NCBI GenBank assembly: GCA_038211525.1
Contig: JBBQVM010000001.1
Span: forward strand, 1 to 57,236
From: Bacteroidia bacterium
GTDB taxonomy: Bacteria > Bacteroidota > Bacteroidia > AKYH767-A > OLB10
DNA: 57,236 nucleotides
Reading direction: 5' to 3'
Positions 21,981 through 29,451 of this stretch are shown here, piece by piece. The notes under the pieces are model-generated. The model was not told the origin of the DNA. It was given only the letters and a program-made list of their open reading frames with translations, and ran no database searches. Made by a program: the position numbers and the translations under genes. Within the stretch, counting starts at the first letter, position 1, and each line of letters starts with the position of its first letter.

Positions 21981-22640
21981 TTATTTTACCAGCACCAGGA
22001 TATTTTGAGCAACCGTTTTACTTATTGAAAATTCTTTCCCTTGGTTAATTGAAATCCGGTGTAACTGATCATAAGGTTCAACAGAATGGATGGTGATCTT
22101 ATCGCCTAAGGCAACTCCTATTTTGTCAAGATACTGCAGAAACGTTGCATTGTTTTCACTCACTCCGGAAACAATAGCTGTCGACTTGGATTTCATATCA
22201 GATAGTGGAATCGCGCGTGATTTACCGAATACTCCATTTTTATCAGGAATAGGATCGCCATGAGGATCAGATTTGGGAAAATCGAGAATTTCGTCTAGTC
22301 GGTTAGTTAGTTCATCTGATTGAATGTGTTCCAATTGTTCTGCAATTTCATGCACCTCATCCCATTTAAACTTCAACTTTTGCACCAAAAACAATTCCCA
22401 CAAACGGTGTTTCCTTATAATTTTGACCCCTATTGATCTGCCCTTCTCCGTGAGGTACAACCCTTTATATTTTTCGTATCGAATCAGTTTTTTGATCGCT
22501 AATTTCTTTAACATATCGGTAACTGTTGCTGAACGAATGTTAAGCATATTAGCGATATCAGTGGTAGCCACTAATTCGTTTTTCTCAGAAAGCTTAAAGA
22601 TTGCTTTCAAATAATTCTCCTCAGTAAAAGAGTTTTTCAT
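21981..22640 (-). CDS. Metal-dependent transcriptional regulator, DtxR/MntR family, with a C-terminal FeoA-like domain
   Basis: N-terminal wHTH (TTDIANMLNIRSATVTDMLKKL), a dimerisation/metal domain (HRLWELFL, HEIAEQLEH), and an SH3-like C-terminus. Confidence 0.85.
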   Translation of the reverse strand: MKNSFTEENYLKAIFKLSEKNELVATTDIANMLNIRSATVTDMLKKLAIKKLIRYEKYKGLYLTEKGRSIGVKIIRKHRLWELFLVQKLKFKWDEVHEIAEQLEHIQSDELTNRLDEILDFPKSDPHGDPIPDKNGVFGKSRAIPLSDMKSKSTAIVSGVSENNATFLQYLDKIGVALGDKITIHSVEPYDQLHRISINQGKEFSISKTVAQNILVLVK

Positions 22641-22648
22641 ACTTCTTA

Positions 22649-22656
22649 CAAAAGTA
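22649..22656 (-). promoter_or_regulatory. -7 box (TACTTTTG) for the DtxR/MntR-family gene
   Basis: Exact TAnnTTTG match, 8 nt upstream of the ATG at 22640. Confidence 0.45.
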
Positions 22657-22665
22657 AAAAATACC

Positions 22666-22685
22666 TGAATCTAAAGTTAGATTCA
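22666..22685. promoter_or_regulatory. 20-bp palindrome TGAATCTAA-AG-TTAGATTCA, candidate operator
   Basis: Perfect 9-bp arms with a 2-bp centre, lying 10-29 nt upstream of the -7 box of the metalloregulator gene. Confidence 0.35.
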
Positions 22686-23052
22686 TCTAAAATTTATTAG
22701 TCGAATGGTTCTCAATTACAAGGATTAGAAATAACAACCTCTTGAAATTGAAAATTCATCAACCATCAAAATTCGCTTAATTTCCAGTAATCTTTGCTTT
22801 GAAAAGCGCTCTTTATTGACTGAAAAAATTGATTCCTCAAAATATTTCACCCAAAACATGATAAAAAGTCTGATTTGACTCGCAATCAATTGAATTATGT
22901 TAACAATTGATTATCAAATACTTTCAATATTTGAGGCTAAAATTTCCGGATGAACATAACGAGTCGGTTTTTCTTTACGGTATTTTGCGTTCCGTTTACC
23001 CTGCAAAATGGGTCGTTTGTCAAAATAATAAATTTCGCCCTAAATACCGTTA

Positions 23053-23060
23053 TACATTTG
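23053..23060 (+). promoter_or_regulatory. -7 box (TACATTTG) for a 36-codon small ORF
   Basis: Exact TAnnTTTG match, 10 nt upstream of the ATG at 23071. Confidence 0.35.
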
Positions 23061-23070
23061 TGTCATAATA

Positions 23071-23181
23071 ATGAATCAAATGTTACTCCTCATTCTTCCT
23101 ATCACATTAATTACAGTTGCCGTATTACTTTATCAAAAGAGGGTTTCGGAAACGAACCAGATTTTAAAAGTTAAAGAATAA
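23071..23181 (+). CDS. Candidate 36-aa single-TM small protein (MNQMLLLILPITLITVAVLLYQKRVSETNQILKVKE)
   Basis: Below the ORF-track cutoff. Supported by a hydrophobic helix, a promoter box directly upstream, and a terminator-like hairpin about 55 nt downstream. Confidence 0.3.
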   Translation: MNQMLLLILPITLITVAVLLYQKRVSETNQILKVKE

Positions 23182-23236
23182 GGCTCAAGATACTATCCCC
23201 CATTCCCGGGCGATCGTTTTAAAGTTTGTTTTTGGA

Positions 23237-23260
23237 CCACGTAGCAATACGGGGTTTTTT
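23237..23260 (+). terminator. Terminator-like hairpin plus T6
   Basis: CCACGTA gcaa TACGGGG (one mismatch) followed by TTTTTT. Confidence 0.4.
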
Positions 23261-23367
23261 CATTTTTAAAAGCCACTAAATAAAGAGTTAATAGCCACTA
23301 AAGGCTAGATTGAAGATGTGACCATCCCAAGCTTTAAAAGAAAAATTGCTACGCAACTAATTGTTTT

Positions 23368-23547
23368 TCAATGACTATGTTTAGAAGAATGGAGAGTTAA
23401 GTAATAAAAAACCCCAACACCTATTAAAGTCAACAAGAAAGATAGCATCATCATCAAATCTGGTTGATTACTAGATAAAAAAGCTCTTCTGAATGGAAAA
23501 ACAATCACCAATAAGGCTACAACTGCGGCTAATATTTTCTTTGTCAT
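23368..23547 (-). CDS. Candidate 59-aa two-TM small membrane protein (MTKKILAAVVALLVIVFPF...LSFLLTLIGVGVFYYL...)
   Basis: One codon below the ORF-track cutoff. ATG start, two hydrophobic helices, and a TAATTTTG -7 box at 23585-23592. Confidence 0.35.
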   Translation of the reverse strand: MTKKILAAVVALLVIVFPFRRAFLSSNQPDLMMMLSFLLTLIGVGVFYYLTLHSSKHSH

Positions 23548-23803
23548 AGTTTTAAGTATTAAATTTTACACTTATTAATTATAACAAAATTAGTTTGGTG
23601 CACTACCCAAATAAAATGATGGCGGTCATGGTATAAACATGACTCTTATCATGTTTGGCTTTTTAAAGGATAACGTGCCTCTTTTATCTACTTACACTGA
23701 TTTGCTTTGCACCCTCAAAAATGAGCCATTGACCAAAATAGCCCGCTGATTTGAAAATACCGGGGGTATTTTAGTTCTAACAAATTAAAAAAAACAGCTT
23801 ACT

Positions 23804-24064
23804 ATGACAAATCATGTTACAATATCTGAATTCAACGAACTTAACATAGATGAGAAAGCCTGGTATCTATGGCATGGGGCAACTTTTCTTCATGTTTACC
23901 AAAAAGAGAAACACCGCATTAATCTCTTTTACCTGAACGATTATTATATTGAGTTATGGTATCACATCGATAATAACAAAGTAGAAAATATTCGGGCATT
24001 TAAATCGACAACCTTATTAGAACCTTTTTTGCAAAATATCGACATCGATTGTGTGATGAGGTGA
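23804..24064 (+). CDS. Hypothetical 86-aa protein, remote paralog of 24917..25177
   Basis: ORF with ATG start. Shares the pattern L..G.F(9-12)LY.L..YyvEv...(5)VE.I..F with the other 86-aa ORF. Confidence 0.55.
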   Translation: MTNHVTISEFNELNIDEKAWYLWHGATFLHVYQKEKHRINLFYLNDYYIELWYHIDNNKVENIRAFKSTTLLEPFLQNIDIDCVMR

Positions 24065-24120
24065 GTTAAAAATTATTAAAGAATAGCACAGCATGCTTTT
24101 TTTGCTTTGGCAGGAAGCAA

Positions 24121-24128
24121 TACTTTTG
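24121..24128 (+). promoter_or_regulatory. -7 box (TACTTTTG) upstream of the DUF4476 gene
   Basis: Exact TAnnTTTG match, 56 nt upstream of the ATG at 24185. Confidence 0.4.
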
Positions 24129-24184
24129 GCACGGCAGTTGGATAGAGTGCTTTCATCTAACTTAAAAAATGGAGGACAAAAATC

Positions 24185-24871
24185 ATGAAACGTGTACTAC
24201 TTATTACCGCACTACTCATCGCCTCCGTGCAGCTAAGAGCATCGCACCTGGCGTCAGAACTTAACTTAAGAATTGCAGATCAGTCGTGGTTCACTGTAAC
24301 ACTCGACGATCAATTTTTTGGAACACCGGTTAACAGGTTTAGCATTACCGAACTTCATCCGGGAACACATTTTCTAAGAGTAACCCGTCTCGAAAATAAT
24401 CTTTACAGCCCATACGCTCAACCGGTAGTTATATATAATGGGTACATCAACATTCCGGCACAATCGCAAATAAATGCTATGATTGATCGTCACTACCAAT
24501 TTCGCATCAACAAAATAATTCCTTTGATTCCGGTTTATCAACCCAATGTTTGTGCACCGGTTCCTCACCATGAACCTATGTATTACGGGATGAGCGAATA
24601 TGACTTCGATCAGTTGAGAGGTACTATTGACAGATTGAGTTTTGAAAGCAGTAAAATGCAGGTAGTTCGACAAGCACTGGGATCAAATTACTTTACTACC
24701 CGACAAGTTGCTGAACTAATTCGATTGATGACTTTTGAATCTACTAAATTGGAATTGGCTAAGGCGGCATATCCTAAAACCATCGACAGACAAAATTACT
24801 TCCTGATTAATGACACTTTCACTTTCGAAAGCAGTATCAGAGAACTAAGTGAATATATTACAAGAAGCTAA
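24185..24871 (+). CDS. DUF4476 domain protein (secreted)
   Basis: Signal peptide; C-terminal tandem FESSK...FESTKLELAKAAYPKTIDRQNYF...FTFESS repeats typical of DUF4476. Confidence 0.75.
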   Translation: MKRVLLITALLIASVQLRASHLASELNLRIADQSWFTVTLDDQFFGTPVNRFSITELHPGTHFLRVTRLENNLYSPYAQPVVIYNGYINIPAQSQINAMIDRHYQFRINKIIPLIPVYQPNVCAPVPHHEPMYYGMSEYDFDQLRGTIDRLSFESSKMQVVRQALGSNYFTTRQVAELIRLMTFESTKLELAKAAYPKTIDRQNYFLINDTFTFESSIRELSEYITRS

Positions 24872-24893
24872 ACCTCTTTGCCACAAAGTACCT

Positions 24894-24918
24894 GCGGACC
24901 CGTAAGTCCGCTTTTTTT
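24894..24918. terminator. Intrinsic terminator between convergent genes
   Basis: GCGGAC ccgtaa GTCCGC followed by T7 on the + strand. It overlaps the stop codon of the - strand 86-aa ORF. Confidence 0.75.
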
Positions 24919-25177
24919 ATGCAAAAAACCAGCGAAGCTCCCTCTTTTTAACATAAAGGGCCAAGCGGTTGGTATCATTTAAAAAATCAATATCCTCCAC
25001 TTCTTTACTTTTGACCACCACTTCAACATAGCGGCCGTATAGTTCGTAAAGGGCACAGGTTTTACCTTTATCCTTACGCAAAGCCATGAATCGTCCGGCT
25101 TCCAGCAGCACACTGGCACGGGTTTCAAGGTCTTCCATTAAGAAACGCATCTTTTTCATTCGATCCTTATACTTCAA
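24917..25177 (-). CDS. Hypothetical 86-aa protein, remote paralog of 23804..24064
   Basis: See 23804..24064. Confidence 0.5.
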   Translation of the reverse strand: MKYKDRMKKMRFLMEDLETRASVLLEAGRFMALRKDKGKTCALYELYGRYVEVVVKSKEVEDIDFLNDTNRLALYVKKRELRWFFA

Positions 25178-25237
25178 TTATTCTGAGCGGTTTCGGTAAA
25201 AATTAGGGGAAATATTACATTGCATCGTTCAAAACAT

Positions 25238-25245
25238 TAAATTTG
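25238..25245 (+). promoter_or_regulatory. -7 box (TAAATTTG) upstream of the 25300 gene pair
   Basis: Exact TAnnTTTG match, 54 nt upstream of the ATG. Confidence 0.4.
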
Positions 25246-25299
25246 TATGGCTGAGGCTGTAAACACCTTGCACCAACTGCATTTTCAAACTAAACACTT

Positions 25300-25830
25300 A
25301 TGAAACCTCTGAAAACGATCCTTTACCTGAACCTTTTGTTATTGCTTTTTCCAATTCTTATTCAGGCCCAACAAGCCAACAAACCACCCGATAGAATGAA
25401 AATGCTGACTGCCTTTAACGGGGAATGGAAAGGTGAAATGGTAACTGTAGTTGCTAAAAAGAAAATAAAATACAAGTTGAGCCATACTTCTGAAAAAATT
25501 GCAGGCGGTTGGGGTGTTCAACTGAGTGAAGTCGCTATGATTCCCGAAAAAGGGAAATACCAGGCTGCGAGAATTTTTAGTTATAGCCCTACCAATGATA
25601 CTACTTTCATGTACACGATAGATAACTATGGTGATACCTGGTTTTTTAAAGGTGTGTGGGAAACAAATAAAAAATTATTGTTGAAAGCAACCATGGATAA
25701 AAGCGGAAAACAAACTAATAAAACAATTAGTTACAGTTTTATTAGTCCAAAGGAATATGATTTCAAAAGTGTGACGCAGGCGGATAGCATCCCTGATGAA
25801 ATTGTTGAAATGAAAATGTTAAGACAATAA
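25300..25830 (+). CDS. Secreted hypothetical protein (possibly DUF1579-like beta-barrel)
   Basis: Signal peptide; FNGEWKGEM motif. Sits 7 nt upstream of the next gene on the same strand. Confidence 0.55.
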   Translation: MKPLKTILYLNLLLLLFPILIQAQQANKPPDRMKMLTAFNGEWKGEMVTVVAKKKIKYKLSHTSEKIAGGWGVQLSEVAMIPEKGKYQAARIFSYSPTNDTTFMYTIDNYGDTWFFKGVWETNKKLLLKATMDKSGKQTNKTISYSFISPKEYDFKSVTQADSIPDEIVEMKMLRQ

Positions 25831-25837
25831 TATCTTA

Positions 25838-27412
25838 ATGATTACTAAAATGAATTATATTTTTAAATTTAGTTATGTATTTCTATTGTTGTTTTTACCT
25901 TTTGCAGGATGGAGTCAACATCAAAACATATTAATAAGTACAAACAATTTTCCCAACGAACCGTCTATTGCGATAAATCCAAAAAACACGAACGAACTAG
26001 TTGCTGGTTCCAATATTGATAATTATTATTATTCTACCGATGGGGGTTTTACCTGGAACGAAAATATACTGACTTCAACTTATGGTGTATGGGGTGATCC
26101 TGCAATTGTTTGTGATACTACAGGAAGCTTTTATTTTTTCCATCTTAGTAATCCTCAATCAGGCAATTGGATTGATCGAATAGTAAGTCAGCGAACCGCT
26201 ACTCCAGGCGGTACGTGGACCAACGGCGGCTTTACAGGTCTCAACGGCACAAAAGCACAAGATAAGCATTGGGTTACCATTGACCGGAAAACGAACGTGA
26301 TTTATATGACGTGGACAGAGTTTGATGATTATGGAAGTGCTTTACCGACAGATAGCTCCCGAATTTTATTTTCGAAATCTGCAGATCAGGGACAGACGTG
26401 GACACCTGCGCTTAAAATAAATCAAGTTTCTGGCGATTGTCTTGATGAAGACAATACCGTTGAAGGAGCGGTGCCTGCATTAGGTCCTAACGGTGAGGTA
26501 TATGTGTCGTGGGCCGGACCACTCGGCATTGTGTTCGACCGAAGCACCGATGGAGGTGCTACCTGGTTGGCACAGGATATCCCTGTGACTACAATTCCCG
26601 GAGGATGGGACTTTGCTATTCCAGGGATTTATCGGGCTAATGGGTTACCAATTACAAGTTGTGATACTAGTGGAGGGCCGAATAATGGTGCTATTTATAT
26701 TAACTGGAGTGATCAACGAAATGGGATTAATAATACCGATGTGTGGCTGGTGAAATCTACTGATGGAGGCAACACCTGGACACAACCTACCAAAGTGAAT
26801 GATGATGCCACCCAACGCCAGCAATTCTTTACTTGGATGACCATTGATCAGACGAATGGGAATTTATGGTTTGTTTTTTATGATAGAAGAAATTATAATG
26901 ATAATCGCACCGATGTATACATGGCTCGTTCCATTGACGGAGGAAATAGCTTTGAGAATTTTAAGATAAGCAATGCTCCTTTCACTCCTGATCCGGGAGT
27001 ATTTTTTGGAGATTATACCAACATAACTGCACACAATAACATTATCAGACCAATATGGACTAACTTAGATAACTCTCAATTGTCGCTCTTGACAGCAATT
27101 ATTGATACAACTTTAGTCGGTGTTTCTGAAAATGGTTCCCAACTAAATGAATTCTCTTTGCTGGAACAAAATTATCCAAACCCGTTTTCTAATCGAACTT
27201 TTTTTAGTTTTAAATTGCACAAAACCGAAACCATATCCTTAAAAATTTATGACTGGATAGGAAGAGTTGTTGCCACACCAATAGAAAACGAAACACTTGG
27301 ATACGGAAAGCACGTAATTAATTTTGATAAAAAACTTTCATCAGGAACTTACTTTTATGAGCTAAAAACTAACGAAAAGTTGATGCGGAGGAAAATGATG
27401 GTGGTGGAATAA
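25838..27412 (+). CDS. BNR-repeat sialidase-like beta-propeller protein with a T9SS type A C-terminal sorting domain
   Basis: Five SxDxGxTW-type BNR motifs (STDGGFTW, SADQGQTW, STDGGATW, STDGGNTW, SIDGGNSF); C-terminal NYPNPFSNRTFF...Y.YEL T9SS signal. Confidence 0.85.
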   Translation: MITKMNYIFKFSYVFLLLFLPFAGWSQHQNILISTNNFPNEPSIAINPKNTNELVAGSNIDNYYYSTDGGFTWNENILTSTYGVWGDPAIVCDTTGSFYFFHLSNPQSGNWIDRIVSQRTATPGGTWTNGGFTGLNGTKAQDKHWVTIDRKTNVIYMTWTEFDDYGSALPTDSSRILFSKSADQGQTWTPALKINQVSGDCLDEDNTVEGAVPALGPNGEVYVSWAGPLGIVFDRSTDGGATWLAQDIPVTTIPGGWDFAIPGIYRANGLPITSCDTSGGPNNGAIYINWSDQRNGINNTDVWLVKSTDGGNTWTQPTKVNDDATQRQQFFTWMTIDQTNGNLWFVFYDRRNYNDNRTDVYMARSIDGGNSFENFKISNAPFTPDPGVFFGDYTNITAHNNIIRPIWTNLDNSQLSLLTAIIDTTLVGVSENGSQLNEFSLLEQNYPNPFSNRTFFSFKLHKTETISLKIYDWIGRVVATPIENETLGYGKHVINFDKKLSSGTYFYELKTNEKLMRRKMMVVE

Positions 27413-27453
27413 GAGATTTTTGTTTTTTCGACAATAAATTAGTCTCTGTTAAC

Positions 27454-27487
27454 TACGAATTACAAATTGTTACGAATATACAAATGG
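27454..27487 (+). repeat. Solitary diverged copy of the 33-bp ACGGATT-type core found at 55038-56028
   Basis: TACGAATTACAAATTGTTACGAATATACAAATGG versus TACGGATTACGGATTTTTACGGATTACGGATGG: 26/33 matches plus one indel. Six of the seven substitutions are G to A. Confidence 0.7.
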
Positions 27488-27560
27488 TTTGGTTGCCTAG
27501 CAATCACACAGTCGGCCACAGGCAAGAGCCGGTGACTGATTGTTTTTAACAATAAAACAC

Positions 27561-29270
27561 CTAACTCATCCATGCTTTCACATCGTCGATGCCGGGCATT
27601 GTGGCTTCGATTTTAAGTTTTTTACGCATCCCGCCAAGGTCGTTGAAGAGTTTATTGGGATTAAGGCTTTTTAATTGCTCCTTCGTTGTAATGCCCATTT
27701 TAGTAAGCACTTCATCCCATGGTGCAGGGATACCACTGATGGAATCTTCCATATGTAAACCTCCCACATTTGCTTCGGGTCGCATTTGAGGAAAGAATAA
27801 TACATCTTGAATAGATGGAGAATTGGTCATGATCATGGATAAACGATCGATGCCAATTCCAAGTCCTGCAGTAGGAGGCATGCCATACTCAATTGAACGA
27901 AGGAAATCTTCATCAAGCTGCATGGCTTCTTCGTCGCCACGTTTACCCAACTCCAATTGTTCTTCAAAACGTTTACGCTGATCGATTGGATCATTCAATT
28001 CACTAAATGCATTACAGATTTCTTTCCCATTACAGATAGCCTCAAAACGTTCTACTAAGCCCGGTTTACTACGATGTTTTTTTGCTAATGGCGACATCTC
28101 CACCGGGTAATCGGTAATAAAGGTTGGTTGTATGAGTTGGTGTTCGCATGTTTCACCAAACAGTTCATCAATAAGTTTACCGCGACCCATTGTTGTATCT
28201 GTTTTGATATTTAGTTTCGAAGCAACTTCTCTCATTCCGCTTTCATCCATTTCAGAAATATCGTAACCGGTAAAATGTTGAATTGCCTCGTACATGCTAA
28301 ATCGTTTCCACGGACGTTTAAAGTCGATGGTGTGTTCGCCTACTTTCACCGCTGTTTTTCCATGCAGACTAATTGCAATACGCTCCACCATTTCCTCAAC
28401 GAGGTCCATCATCCAGGCGTAATCTTTATAAGCTACATACAACTCCATCTGTGTAAACTCCGGATTATGAAAACGACTCATTCCCTCATTCCTGAAATCT
28501 TTTGAAAATTCATATACTCCGTCAAACCCGCCAACGATCAATCTTTTAAGGTATAACTCATTGGCTATACGAAGATACAGGGTCATATCGAGTGTGTTGT
28601 GATGGGTTTTAAACGGACGAGCAGCAGCACCACCATACAATGGTTGTAAAATGGGAGTTTCTACTTCCAAATAACCGCGCTCATTCAAATAGTTTCGCAT
28701 GGTGTTTACCAATTGCGTGCGTTTCACAAATGTTTCGCGTACGTGAGGATTCACAATGAGATCGACATAACGTTGGCGATATCTTATTTCAGGATCCGCA
28801 AAAGCGTCAAAGATAACTCCGTCTTTTTCTTTTACAATTGGAAGTGGACGCAAAGATTTTGTTAGGATGCGTAACTCTGTAACATGGATACTAATTTCTC
28901 CCATTTGTGTTTTAAAAGCATAACCTTTCACGCCGATGATGTCACCAATATCGAGTAGTTTTTTAAAAACGATATTGTAAAGTGTTTTATCCTCACCCGT
29001 ACAAAGATCATCACGTTTGAAGTATAATTGTATTCTTCCTTTAGCATCCTGCAACTCAGCAAAGGAGGCATTCCCCATTATTCGTCGGCTCATAATTCGT
29101 CCGGCAATACTTAGGTTAACCATTTCCGATCCTTTCGTTTCAAAATTATCGAGGATAAAAGTGGAGTTGGTATTTATCTCAAAAAGCTCAGCGGGATAAG
29201 GATTTATTCCTAAAGAATATAGTTCCTGTAATGCGTTGCGGCGTAGTTGCTCCTGTTCGTTGTGTTCCAT
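27561..29270 (-). CDS. lysS: Lysine--tRNA ligase (class II), long Bacteroidota form with a C-terminal extension
   Basis: Class II motifs ([14 protein letters not shown]). Start set at the ATG at 29270 (MEHNEQ); the tracked start at 29276 is a GTG. Confidence 0.96.
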   Translation of the reverse strand: MEHNEQEQLRRNALQELYSLGINPYPAELFEINTNSTFILDNFETKGSEMVNLSIAGRIMSRRIMGNASFAELQDAKGRIQLYFKRDDLCTGEDKTLYNIVFKKLLDIGDIIGVKGYAFKTQMGEISIHVTELRILTKSLRPLPIVKEKDGVIFDAFADPEIRYRQRYVDLIVNPHVRETFVKRTQLVNTMRNYLNERGYLEVETPILQPLYGGAAARPFKTHHNTLDMTLYLRIANELYLKRLIVGGFDGVYEFSKDFRNEGMSRFHNPEFTQMELYVAYKDYAWMMDLVEEMVERIAISLHGKTAVKVGEHTIDFKRPWKRFSMYEAIQHFTGYDISEMDESGMREVASKLNIKTDTTMGRGKLIDELFGETCEHQLIQPTFITDYPVEMSPLAKKHRSKPGLVERFEAICNGKEICNAFSELNDPIDQRKRFEEQLELGKRGDEEAMQLDEDFLRSIEYGMPPTAGLGIGIDRLSMIMTNSPSIQDVLFFPQMRPEANVGGLHMEDSISGIPAPWDEVLTKMGITTKEQLKSLNPNKLFNDLGGMRKKLKIEATMPGIDDVKAWMS

Positions 29271-29275
29271 GAGCA

Positions 29276-29283
29276 CAAAGATA
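29276..29283 (-). promoter_or_regulatory. -7 box (TATCTTTG) for lysS
   Basis: Exact TAnnTTTG match, only 5 nt upstream of the ATG at 29270. Confidence 0.45.
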
Positions 29284-29384
29284 GAAAATGTATGTAAATT
29301 TAGAAAAGAGTTGAATATTATAAATGAAGAAGGATCGGTTATTCAGAGGGAGAAGGAGAGCGGGAAGGATATTAATTGAAAAAA

Positions 29385-29404
29385 GTCGGGGAACCACCCC
29401 CGAC
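29385..29404 (-). terminator. Rho-independent terminator of the GIN/beta-barrel gene
   Basis: GTCGGGG / CCCCGAC stem followed by TTTTTT on the - strand. Confidence 0.7.
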
Positions 29405-29451
29405 CTCTGACCTCAATGAACCGACACCTATGCTATTGCCGGGTACTATTT

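Noticed and set aside
22950-23174. Tracked 74-aa + strand ORF in the gene-poor region
   Set aside because: Its composition is not protein-like, there is no promoter box upstream, and an exact -7 box lies inside it that instead serves the 36-codon ORF in another frame.
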